From Hemiscyllium ocellatum (taxonomy: Eukaryota), in the NCBI RefSeq assembly GCF_020745735.1, contig NC_083409.1:16168789-16232788 (forward strand): a stretch of DNA of 64,000 nt, given 5' to 3'. Positions within the stretch are counted from its first letter, which is position 1; every line of letters begins with the position of its first letter. The notes beneath the pieces were generated by a model. That model did no database searches, had not been told where the DNA came from, and worked only from the letters and a program-made list of their open reading frames with translations. Below are positions 1 to 10,819 of this stretch, piece after piece. Position numbers and translations under genes: made by a program.

Positions 1-599
1 AAGATTTAAAAGGGACCTAAGGGACGTTTTCAATCAGAGGGTGTTAAATGTATGGAATGAGCTGCCAGAGGAGGTGGTGAAGGCTGGGACAATTACAACA
101 TTTAAAAGGCATGGGTATGTAAATAGAAAGATGTTAGAGGGATATGGGCCAAATGCTGGCAAGTGGGACTAGATTAATTTCGGATATCTGGTCAGCATGG
201 ACGAGTTGGACCAAAGGGTCTGATTCTGTGCTGTCCATCCCTCTGACTCTAATTGTATTTCAATCCAGCCCTTAACACATCAGGCTCTCCCAAAGACATT
301 TACAGACAGTTTTGTTTGACAAGCAGTCACTGTTGCAATGTCAGTAACGTGGCAGCCAGTTTCTGCACAGCAAGATCCCACTAGAAGCAATGAGATCAAA
401 GACCAATAATGATGTTGGCTCAACGATAAATATTGTCCTGAACTCAACCCAAAGAGAAAGGAATTTGGTTCAGTTGGATGGAAAATGAGAAAATGGAAGG
501 TAAAGGAGAAGGTAGGATTGCTGGTTAGTGATGGGATTGATTGTTACCAAAAATAAAAGAAAGGGATGGAATTTTTGAATATCAAAGGGATCATAAAAG

Positions 600-3370
600 T
601 GCAGGGAAAATCAACAATAGAACAAACTTAAAGAGTTTGTATCTAAATGCACAAAGCATTCTGAGTAAGGTTGACAAAGTGATGTCACAAATCCAGGTAA
701 ATTGAGTTTCCAAGGAATTTAAACTAAAGTTGAGGAGGGCTCAGGAAAGGTTATTCAAGTTTCTAGAAGATGTAAAAGGACAGAGAGTACAGAAAGGATC
801 AGGAATCGAACATAAAGCACAGCAGATAAGGGGACAATGATGGGAAGGAGGGCAATCAATGCAGGACTGAGGGTGTTGTACTTAAATGCACACAATATAC
901 ACAATGGGCTTGTAGTGCAGATTGAAACTGGCAGGTACGATGTTGTGGGTATCACAGGGACATGGCTGAAAGGGAATTCGGGCTGGGAACTAAATATCCA
1001 AGGATACATGTCCTATCAAAAGGACAGGCAGATGGGCAGAGGGGGAAGAGTTGCCTTGTTAGTGAGAAATGAAATTAAATCAATAGCAAGAAGTGATGTA
1101 GAGTTAGAAGGTGTAGAATCTGTGTGGGTAGAGCTGAGGAACTGCAATAAATAAAGAATCTGATGCAAGTTATGTCCAGGTCTCCAAGCAGTAATCAGGG
1201 TGTGGGGAAGGAAATCAATTAGGAGACAGAAAATGTCAGGGCAGACTTCAATGGATAGGTGGGCTGGGTAGTGTATCTCAAGGAAAGGATTTCATGGAAT
1301 GTCGATGATTTTGGAGCAGCTTGTGGTTGAGCCATTATGGAACTGGCAGGTCTGGATTCAGTGATGTGTATTGAGGCAAACTTGATTAGTGAGTTTAAGG
1401 TGAAAGTATCCCTGTGGATAAGTGACCATAATACGATAGAATTCCCCCTGTAGTTTGAGAGGGAGAAGCTGCAATCAGATTGAACAGTATTTCAGTTGAG
1501 TAAAGGTAACTCAATGTGGTGGAGAATAGTGGGAAGCCCGAGGATTAGGAAGCCTTTAAAAACCTGCAGGGGATAAAAGCATTAAGGGTGGAGAATGTGA
1601 AATGTGGGAGTTATCTAGCCAGTAATATAAAAGAAGATTGCAGGAGTTTTATCAGGTGTATAAAAAGGAAGAGGGAGTCAAAAATAGACTATGGATCACT
1701 GGAAAATGAGGCTGGAGAAAGAATAACAGGAAATGAAGGAATAGCAGAGGAATTGAATAGATATTTTGCCTCAGTCTGCACCATGGAAAACACCAGCAGT
1801 GTCCCAGTAATTCAAGACTGTCAGGGGTCGGAGGGGAGTGTAGTGGCCATCACTAAGGAGGAGGTACTGGGGAAGCTGAAAGGTCTGAATATGGATAACG
1901 CACCCAGACTGGATGAACTACACCCATGTGTTCTGAAGGAGATCACTGAGGAGATTGTGGAGGCATTGGTGATGATCTTTCAGTAATCAATGGAGTCAGG
2001 GTATGGAGGTGAGATGGGGACGGATTTGGTGGGGGCAAGGGACAGGAAAATGGCTCACATACCACCCCTGTTTCAGAAGGGAGGGAGGTAGAAGGTGGGA
2101 CATTGTAGGCCAGTTAGCCAGGACTCAGTTGTTGGTAAGGTTTTAGACTTCAATTTAAGGATGAAATTGCAGAGGATTGGAAGTGCAATGGCTTCATCAA
2201 GGAGACGTCATGCCTGGCAAATCTGTTAGAATTCTTTGAGGAGGCAATGAGCCAGTCAGACAAAGGAGAGTCCGAGGAAGTAATCTCTTTGGATTTCCAC
2301 AAGGCATTTGACATAAGATAAGCGCCCACAGTATTAGTGGCAATGTAGTGGCATGGATTGAAGACTGGCAGGTTGGCATAAAGCAGAGCATGAGGAACAA
2401 TGGCCGCTGGTGACTAGTAGAGTTCTGCAGTTGTCAATGTTATGGCCATAACTATTCACGTTATACATTAACAATCTGGATGAAGGAAGTGAAGACATTG
2501 TTGCTAAGTTTGCACGTGACATGAGATAGGTGGAGGGACAGGTAGTGTTGAGGAAGTGGGAAGGCTGTAAAAGCTCCTGGATAGGCTCGGAGAGTGGGCA
2601 AAGAAGTGGCAGACAGAATACAATGTGTGACAGTGTGAGGGTATGCACTTTGGGAGGAAGAAGAGATGCAAAGACTGTTTGCTAAATAAGGAAAGCTTTT
2701 GGAAATCTAAAGCACAAACCTCATTCAGGTTTCCCTTCAGTTTAACAGGCAGGTCCAGTTTGTGCTTGGGAAGGCAAATGAAATGTTCGCATCCATTTCA
2801 ATAGGGCCAGAATACAAGAGCAGAGATGTACTGCTGAGGCTGTGTAAGGCTCTGGTCAGACCACATTTTGAATATTGTGAGCAGATTTGGGACCCATATT
2901 CTAAGAAACAATGTGCTGGCATTGGAGGGGTTTACAAGAATGATCCTGGGGATGAAAGGCTTGTCATATGAGGCGTGGTTGAGGACACTGTGTCTGTACT
3001 CGATGGAGTTTAGAAGAATGAGGAGGGATCTGATTGAAATTTGCAGAATACTGATCGGCCTGGATAGAGTGGATGCAGGACAGACTCGGGAACCAAGGCA
3101 CAGCCTCAGAATGAAGGGCCGACCCTTTTGAGCTGAGGTGAGGAGGAATTTCTTCAGCCAGAAGGTGGTGAATCTGTGGAACTCATTGTTACAGAGGGCA
3201 GGGGAGGCCAAGTCACTAAGTGTATTTAAGACAGAGATAGATAGGTTCGTGATTGTGAAGGGGATCGAACGTTCCTGTGGAGTAGGCAGGAGAATGGGGG
3301 TGAGAAGCATATCTGCCAAGATCAAATGGCAGAGCAGATTCAATGGGCTGAATGGCTGATTTCTGCTCCT
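600..3370 (+). mobile_element. Decayed CR1-type LINE (APE endonuclease and RT fragments, 3' end)
   Basis: ORF fragments LYLNAHNI..VVGITGTW, RYFASVCTME, LCKALVRPHFEYC, RRNFFSQKVVNLWNSL; many stops and frameshifts. Confidence 0.85.
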
Positions 3371-6060
3371 ATTTCTTAAAGACTTCTGGAGAGTTTCCCC
3401 AAAACCCTGGAACACTGAACCCACTGGACTGTGAGCCCTGCTGGAGCTGTTTGTCATCAGAACTTTGCCAAGAGACAAACAAAGAGTGGAGAGAGTGTGC
3501 ATCCATGTGGGAATTTCAGAATGTTTCCCAGCTCCTGGAATACCATGAGTACAGGAAGTGAAGTCTGTGACAGCAGTTAGAGCTCTGGGTTTTGGAGCTT
3601 GAGCAGCAGCTGGTGTCAGTGCGGAGCGTCTGTGAGGCTGAGAGCTCCGTGGAGAGCACGTTTCTAGATGTGGTAACTCTGCAGCCTCAGAGTATGCAGG
3701 GAGAGAGGGAATGGGGGAGCAGCAGACAGTCCAAAAGGATCAGGCAGCTAGTATAGGAGTCCCCAGGCATCCCACTCTCCAACCAGGATACAGTTCAGAA
3801 TCCTGATGAGAATGATGGTTCATCTGGGGAGTGCAGCCAGAGCCAAGTCCCTGGCATCACTGGTGACTCAGCTATAATGGGGGGTTGCCGGGGCGGTGGG
3901 GGCGGGGGGGAGGTGAGGGGTGGTGGGGTGGTGGGGTGGTATTAGCAAGACTGGAAGAGTGATCGTAAAAGGAGATTTGAGACTGAGGGCATCGATAGGT
4001 GTTTCTGCAGCTGCAGATGGGAATCCAGGATGGTGTGTTGTCTCCCTGGTGCCAGAGTGAAGGATGTCACTGAGCGACTGCAGAGCACCCTGAGGGGAGA
4101 GGGGGAATAGGCAGCAGTCGTGGTCCACATCGGTCCCAGTGACAGAGGGAGAAAAGGGATGTAGTCCTGCAGTCAGAATTTAGGGAGCTCAGAAGGGAAA
4201 TAACATCAGGAACTCAAAAGTAGGAATCTTCAGGTTACTCCCAGTGCCCCAGGCAAGTGACAAGAGGAGCAGGAGGATAACACAAGTGACTGTGGGGCTG
4301 GGAAGAGGATCCAGGAGGGAGGGTTTTAGATTCTTGTGACATCGGGACTGGGTCTGGGGTAATGGGACCTGGATAGACCAGACAGCGTTGCTCCTGAACA
4401 GAGCTGGCACTGAGCTCCTTTGAGGTGATCTACTCGTGCTGTTGGAGAGGGTTTAAACTAACTTGGCAGAGCTGTGGGAGTCAGGAGGGACTGTCAGAGA
4501 GGAACACCAAGGTCCACAGAATCATCAGTGCAGTCAATAAGTCACCACCCAATGGGAAGGATTTAGAGGAATACATTTGCAAGGAATTTACAGTGACCTG
4601 CAAATATAATAGTCATTACAAATGGGGTTGGGGGGGGGGGGTGGAATTTCTTTAATTTCTGAATATAGACTGGGGTAGTAGCAGTGTGAAGGACAGAGGG
4701 GCCAGAGTCGTGAGAGTGTGTTCATGTGAATTTTCTCCAGCTGCATGTTTCCAGTCCAATGAGAAAGGAGGCTCTGCTAGATCTGGATCTTGGGAATGAG
4801 GAGGCCCAAGTGGATCACGTGTCAGTGAGAGGACACTTAAGGAAGAGTGATCATTGTATCACAAAGTTGAGGGTGACGGTAGAAAAGAACAAAGGCCTTT
4901 TCAGGGTAAAACATCTTCACTGGGGAAAATGCCAGCTTCTATAAGATATGGATGTCTCAGATCTGAATAAAGTTGGATCAAAGGTTGGCAGGAAAGTCCT
5001 GAAAAGAATAGTAGAGGATGTGGACCAGGTATATTCGAGATACATTTGAAGGAGGGCAAACAATTCCTGAACTTACTCAAGGGCAAAAGTGGTAGAATTA
5101 TGGTAAATAAGAAAAGGGCAAAAGAGTAACTAGAGAGAGAATAGGGCCCCATGAAGATGAACAATGTACCTCTGGGTGGATCCACAGGAAATGGTTTAGG
5201 TCTTAAATGAATATTCCAGGTCAGTATTTATCATGGAGAAAGACATGGAAATTTGGGAACTTGGGAAATAAATAGTAATGTCTTGACACAAGTCCACATT
5301 ATAGAAGAAGATTTCTTAAAGTGCAAGACGGTAGATAAATCTCCAGGACCTGATCAGGTGTATCCCAGGACATTGTGGAAAGCTAGGAAAGAGATTGCTG
5401 GATCCCTTGCTGAGGTATGTTTCTGATTGACAGCCATGAGTGAGGTTCTGGAGAACCAGAGAGGTTGGCTAATGTTAGCCATTATTTAAGAAAGGCTGTA
5501 AGGAAAAGCCAGGGAAATATAATCCAGTGAGCCTGAAGTCATTGCTGGGTAAGTTATTGGAGTGAGTTCTGAGGGACAGGATTTACATGCATTTGGACAA
5601 ACAATGCAGTTTTGTGCATGGTAATCATGTCTCACTAACGTGATTGAGATTGTTTGAAGAGAAGATTGATGTAGGCAAAACAGTACACACTGTCTATATG
5701 GACTTCAGCAAAGCATTTGACAAGGTTCCACATGATAGACTGATTAGTAAGATTAGGCCACATGGGATCCAGGGGGAGCTAGCCATTTGGGTAAAAAAAA
5801 ATGACTTCAAGATAGGAGACAGAGAGTGGTGGTAAGTGGTTGCTTTTCAGACTGGAGATCAGATGTCAGCTGTGTGCCACAAGGACTGGGCCCTTGGCTT
5901 TTTATCATTTAAATAAATGATTTGGATGTGAATATAGGAATTATGGCGAGTTTGTAAATGACACCAAAATTGGTGGTACAGTGGATAGTGAAGAAGCTTA
6001 TCTGAGAGTACAGTGGGACCTTGATCATTTGGGGAAATGGGCAGAAGTGTGGCAAATGGA

Positions 6061-6272
6061 CAAAAGTGCAGACTGCAGATGCTGGAAACCAGAGTTTAGA
6101 TCAGAGTGGTGCTGGAAAAGCACAGCATGTCAGGCAGCATCCGAGGAGCAGAAAAATCGACTTTTCGGCTAGAGGAATACTGATGAAGGGCTTTTGCCCG
6201 AAACATCGATTTTCCTGCTCCTTGGATGTTGCCTGACCTGCTGTGCTTTTCCAGCACCACTCTGATCTAAAC
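6061..6272. mobile_element. Penelope-derived fold-back element with hammerhead-like core (6180-6207) and 14-bp TSD
   Basis: About 75-bp inverted arms; CTGATGA-A-GGGC-TTTT-GCCC-GAAAC; flanked by GTGTGGCAAATGGA / GTGTGACAAATGGA; empty site in cluster 2 near 43435. Confidence 0.8.
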
Positions 6273-6385
6273 GTGTGACAAATGGAGTTCAATTTAGATA
6301 AATGTGAGATGTTGCATTTTGGAAAGTCAAACCAGGGCAGGAGTTATACTGTTAATGGTGGGGCCCTGTGGGGTGTTGCTCAACA

Positions 6386-6618
6386 NNNNNNNNNNNNNNN
6401 NNNNNNNNNNNNNNNNNNNNNNNNNNNNNNNNNNNNNNNNNNNNNNNNNNNNNNNNNNNNNNNNNNNNNNNNNNNNNNNNNNNNNNNNNNNNNNNNNNNN
6501 NNNNNNNNNNNNNNNNNNNNNNNNNNNNNNNNNNNNNNNNNNNNNNNNNNNNNNNNNNNNNNNNNNNNNNNNNNNNNNNNNNNNNNNNNNNNNNNNNNNN
6601 NNNNNNNNNNNNNNNNNN
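6386..6618. other. Assembly gap (233 N)
   Basis: Run of N. Confidence 0.99.
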
Positions 6619-7496
6619 GAAGTCACAGGGAGACAGGGAGATGAAGAAGGTGTTGGGTACACTTGCCTTTATTGGTCACTGCACTAAGTATCAGAGTTGG
6701 GACATCATTAACAGCTGTACAGGAAATTGGTGAGGCTATTTTGGGAATAACGTGGACAATTCTGATCATCCTGTGATAGGAAGGATGCTGTTAAACTTAA
6801 AATTCTGCAGAAAAGATTTACATGGATGTTGCCTGGAACTGGAGGGTTTGAACTGTCGGAAGAGGTTATTTTTCCTGCAGGATCGGAGACTGAGGGGTGG
6901 CCTTATAGATGTTTATAAAATCTTGACAGGCATGGACAGGGTGTATATCCCAGGTCTTTGCCTTGGGAAAGGGAATGTAAAACTAGAGGGTATAGGTTTA
7001 AGATGAGAGGCAAAAGATCCAAAAGGGACCTGAGGGGTAACTTGTCACACAGAGGGTGGTGCGTGTCCAGATCGAGCTGTCAGAGAAAGTGCTGGAGACG
7101 GATACAATTATAACATTTAAAAGATGTTTGGATGGGTACATGAATAGGAAGGGTTTAGAGGGATGTGGGCTAAATGCTGGCAAATGGGATGAGGTCAGTT
7201 TTGGATATCTAGTTAGCATGGAGGAGTTAGACTGAAAGATCTGTTTCCACGCTGTCTGACTCTGTGAACATTAGTGGCTGGAAGAGCTGAGATCTTTTAC
7301 CCTGAAGTGCCGGAGGCTGAGGAGTGACCTTACAGAGGTTTATAAAATCATGAGGGACATAAATAATGTGAATAATGCAGGAAGGAGGTGAATGTTTTGT
7401 AGAGCTGGTAAACATATGCACAAAGATCATTCCAGGGATGAGGAATATCAGTTCTGAAGATAGATTGGAGAATTTGGGACTGTCTTCTTTGGAGAA

Positions 7497-7698
7497 AGTT
7501 ACAGATCACACAACATCAGGTTATAGTCCAACAGGTTGATGTGGAAGCACTAGCTTTTGGAGCGCCGCTGACAATCATTTGATGAAGGAGGGATGCTCCG
7601 AAAGCTGGTGCTTCCAAATAAACCCCCTGTTGGACTATAACCTGGTGTTGTGTGATTTTTAACTTTGTCCACCCCAGTCCAACACCGGCACCTCCAAG
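7497..7698. mobile_element. Second-family Penelope-derived fold-back element with 11-bp TSD
   Basis: Inverted arms ATCACACAAC..GGTTATAGTCCAACAGG / CCTGTTGGACTATAACC..GTTGTGTGAT; degenerate core TTGATGA-A-GGAG..CTCC-GAAAGCT; TSD TCTTTGGAGAA; empty site at 42396-42406. Confidence 0.78.
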
Positions 7699-8148
7699 TC
7701 TTTGGAGAAGGCAGCGAGGAGAATTGTTCCAGAAATTCAAAATCAGGAGGGGCCTGGAACAGAGTAAATTGGGAGAAAATGATTCCACTTGTGAAAGGAT
7801 TGAGACTGTGAGGCCACAGATTGAAAGTAATTGGAAAAGTAAGAAAAGTGAGATGAGGGAAAACATTTTCAGCCAGTGGGTGGTTAAGGTGTGGAATGCA
7901 CTGCCTGAGAGTGTGGTGGAGGCAGCTTCAATTAAAACATTCCGAAGGGAATGAGACTGTTATCTGAAAAGGAACAATGTGCAGGGTGACAGGGAGAAGG
8001 CAGGAGAATGACACTCAGTCAATTGCTCATTCGGAGAGCTAGTCCAGACAGGATGGACGGAATGGCCTTCTTGTGCACTGTAACAATTCTGTGATTGTGT
8101 GATTGAGCAGAGTTAAAGCTGGGGGAGGTGGGAGCTCGGTGTCTCACT

Positions 8149-8178
8149 GTGCTGCTGCTGTTGCTGCTGCTGCTGCTG
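8149..8178 (+). repeat. (CTG)n trinucleotide repeat in the J-C intron (9 units with one TTG here; 6 units at 41936-41953; 10 pure units in cluster 3)
   Basis: Read directly. Confidence 0.9.
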
Positions 8179-8552
8179 AGGTCAGTGAGATCAGAGACTG
8201 GGACAGGGAGCCAGAGCTCACATCAAACTCTGCCCGTGTCCGTCACACTGAGACTGGCAGGAGGCTACTCACTGATTTCACTCCATGCTGCAGGAATGGG
8301 ACCACAGGCTGCAAATGGACAGAGCTCCTCCACACGGTGAGTAAAACTTACTGACTTATATCTTGCTTTTTTTAAAGAGGGCATGAAAGTAAAGAAATAC
8401 AGCTGGACACCCTGTTCGACACAGTGCTCCTCAATCAACCATTTCATTCACTGCAGCTTCCCACTAACACCTTCAACAAATCAGCAACTGTATTTTAGAA
8501 AGTGTGTTTCAGTATTGACAGGGTTAATAACAGAGGATTGAGGTTTACTTAC

Positions 8553-8587
8553 TCAGTCTGAGCTTGGTTCCTTTACCGAACGTAAGA
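8553..8587 (-). CDS. IGKJ: Ig kappa-type J segment, cluster 1 (LTFGKGTKLRL)
   Basis: FGxGT motif, 35 nt, donor CTGA|GTAAGT (phase 1); its C exon would lie just left of the window by analogy with cluster 2. Confidence 0.95.
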
Positions 8588-8626
8588 CACAGTGAGAGCT
8601 CCCAGTGCAGAGGCTGTACAAAAACC
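8588..8626 (-). other. J1 recombination signal sequence, 23-bp spacer
   Basis: Sense strand GGTTTTTGT + 23 bp + CACTGTG abutting J; perfect consensus. Confidence 0.97.
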
Positions 8627-9062
8627 TCAGCTCTCTGCTTTCCTCTTATCACTGTCAACCTCTCTCTGTCTCTGTGTGTCTATCGCTCACTCTCACCCTC
8701 TCCCTGCCCCTCTCTGTCTCTCCCTCATTCATGTGTCTTTCTCTCTCTGTCTCTCTGGGTTGTTTCCAGCTGGGCTCGGGAGGTTTGTGAAATTTATTTT
8801 TCGATGTTAAATCTTGAGGCAGCTCTTCACATGTGGCCATGGAGTGTAAGAGAGAAACTAGAGGCCTTCAGTGAGCGTTGAGACACCACAGGGACTGGAG
8901 TGTGCCGTGGACAGTGGAAATCCCAGTTTGGGGTAATTTGATCAGTTTCATTCAGATCTAACTGGATATATCACTTCAGGCAGTGAGACTGTGTGTTCAT
9001 TATTATACATTTTATGTAACTGTGCGATGTGTCAGTCCAGGAGGTGGTGTTGTGCGTGTTGA

Positions 9063-9090
9063 GGTTTTTGTATGGCTCTGTATCACTGTG
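9063..9090 (-). other. V1 recombination signal sequence, 12-bp spacer
   Basis: CACAGTG + ATACAGAGCCAT (12) + ACAAAAACC; perfect consensus. Confidence 0.97.
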
Positions 9091-9389
9091 TCGAGGGTAG
9101 CTGCTATGCTGCTGACAGTAATAGTCAGCGACATCCTCATTCTGAACGTTGCTGATTGTCAGGGTGAAACTGGTCCCTGATCCACTGCCGGTGAATCGAT
9201 CGGAGACTCCTGTGAATCGAGTTGCTGCATTGTAGATCAGGAGAGAGGGTTTCTGACCTTCTCGCTGCTGGTACCAAGCAAGGTAGCTGCTAATGCTTTG
9301 ACTGGCCTTACAGGTGATGGTTGCGGTCTGGCCCAGTCCCACTGACAGCACCGGGGGAGACTGGGTCATGGTGATGTCCCCACTGATAC
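9091..9389 (-). CDS. IGKV: Ig kappa-type V exon, cluster 1, open frame ([27 protein letters not shown]...WYQQ...[11 protein letters not shown])
   Basis: Acceptor CCCCTCAG|GT; conserved Cys, WYQQ, GSGSGT and DYYC motifs; intact ORF; followed directly by a canonical RSS. Confidence 0.96.
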
Positions 9390-9575
9390 CTGAGGGGTCA
9401 GAGAGAAACACAGTGAAGTCAGAACTGTCACACAAAGAGCCTGTCAAATGAGAGATTGTTGGAGACACTGAGCATTCCTCTGGTTTCAGCATTTTCCCTT
9501 CAATCACAAGTCAGTGGAATTGGAGTGAAATGGAGAGCAGCGAAAGATTCAAGGTGGAAGGAGAGAGATTTGTAC

Positions 9576-9624
9576 CTGCGACACAGAATGCCAGGGGCCA
9601 GATCAGCTGGATGTGTGAAATCAT
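9576..9624 (-). CDS. IGKV: Ig kappa-type light chain cluster 1, leader exon (MISHIQLIWPLAFCVA+G)
   Basis: ATG at 9624 in CACCATG context; 49-nt hydrophobic exon ending GCAG|GTACAA (phase 1); 186-bp intron to the V exon. Confidence 0.93.
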
Positions 9625-9684
9625 GGTGTGTGCTCCTGTCCCTGTGCCTGGTTCCTGATAAACTCTCCCTTCACTGGGCTCTGC

Positions 9685-9781
9685 TTTATAAAGCTGCAGC
9701 CTGTGAGAGTCTGACTGGGTGTTCCTCAGTATGTAAATGGCATCAGGCAGAGAGAGCCACGTCAGCCCCACACACTTCCTC
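9685..9781 (-). promoter_or_regulatory. V1 promoter: PU-box GAGGAAGTG (9773-9781), TGACGTG (9758-9764), octamer variant ATTTACAT (9731-9738), TATA-like TTTATAAA (9685-9692)
   Basis: Motifs read directly; same order and spacing upstream of all three leaders; function inferred from known Ig promoter architecture. Confidence 0.7.
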
Positions 9782-10819
9782 TTCTCTCTCTCTCTCTCTC
9801 TCTGTCTCAGAGTCATTGATGTGAACAACATTGAATGAGGCCATTTGGCCCATTGTGTCTGTGCTGGTAAACAGCGGTCTGATGACACTAATCCCATCCT
9901 CCAGCTCTTGGCCCGTTACCCTGGAGGTTACAGCAACACAAGGGAATATCTAAACACTGCTCCAATGTCACGAGAGTTTGTGACTCAACCAGCCTTTCAG
10001 GCAGTGAGTTCCAGACTCCCACCACCCTCTGGGTGAAAACATTTCTTCTCAACTCTCCTCTCACTCTCCAATTCTCCAACTCGCCTGGCCATGGACTCAC
10101 TCGTGTTCAGAACGATGAGAGGGGATCTGATTGAAACATATAAAATTGTAACAGGGCTGGGCAGGGAGGAGGTTTCCCCTGGTTGGGGAGTCTGGAACCA
10201 GGGGACACAGGCTCAGGGGGATACAGGGTAGACCATTTAGGACTGAGATGAGGAAACATTTCTTCACTCAGAGGGTGGTCAACCTGTGGAATTCGCTACC
10301 ACTGAAGGCTGTGGAGGACAAGGAACTGAATATATTCAAGAAAACAAGAGAGATAATTGTTTTGCATTTTAACAACTTGAAGAGAATGGGGAGAACGCAG
10401 GAATATGGCTTTGAGAGAGAGGATCAGCCATAGATCATAGAATGCCTACAGTGTGGAAACAGGCCATTTGGCCCGACAAGCCCACACTGACCCTCGAAGA
10501 AATTATGACATTCAAAAATTGATACAGCCATGATCATACTGAATGACAGAGCAGACTCAAAGGGCCGAATGGCCTACTGCTGCTCCAAGTTTCTACGTGT
10601 CCATGTCTGTGTTACCTTCAATCTCTGTACCAGGTTTTTAAGTCTTTTACTCATGTAAAAAGTGCCATCCTACCTACCCTGTCACTGTTCTGAATAATCT
10701 TATCCCTCTCTATCAGGTCCCTGTTAAGCCTTCACTGCTCAAAGCTCACATTCAGGCAGCATCCTGGGAAATCTCCCCTGTACCCTCTCAGGTACAATCA
10801 CATTCTTCCCAGAGTGTGG

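Larger units (their letters stand above)
3440..7270 (+). mobile_element. Decayed CR1-type LINE with ORF1 remnants (C-x2-C region, esterase-like part) and ORF2 RT
   Basis: MWEFQNVS.., VVHIG, YMDFSKAFDKVPH, MEFNLDKCEMLHFGKSN fragments; interrupted by a fold-back element and a gap. Confidence 0.82.

Noticed and set aside
8128-8340. Signal-peptide-like ORF MGARCLTVLLLLLLLLLRSVRS on the plus strand
   Set aside because: It starts at GTG, and the Leu run is a CTG microsatellite. The frame is broken in cluster 2 (CCC TGA) and shifted in cluster 3, so it is not a conserved protein.
8913-8922. NF-kB-like GGGATTTCC (minus strand) in the V1-J1 interval
   Set aside because: Not conserved in cluster 2 (GGGATTGTC), and it would be deleted on V-J joining.
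9409-9415. Heptamer in the leader intron just upstream of each V exon (also 40696-40702)
   Set aside because: No nonamer at 12 or 23 bp; it sits in the acceptor pyrimidine region and its conservation follows the duplication.
8971-9507. 178-aa ORF as a full-length protein (also 58579-59073 and 40603-40803)
   Set aside because: The N-terminus is leader-intron read-through and the C-terminus reads through the RSS; only the V exon is coding.
9456-9897. Overlapping 122-aa and 128-aa ORFs repeated in all three clusters
   Set aside because: They recur only because the promoter and leader DNA is duplicated; they run through TATA, octamer and microsatellite sequence.
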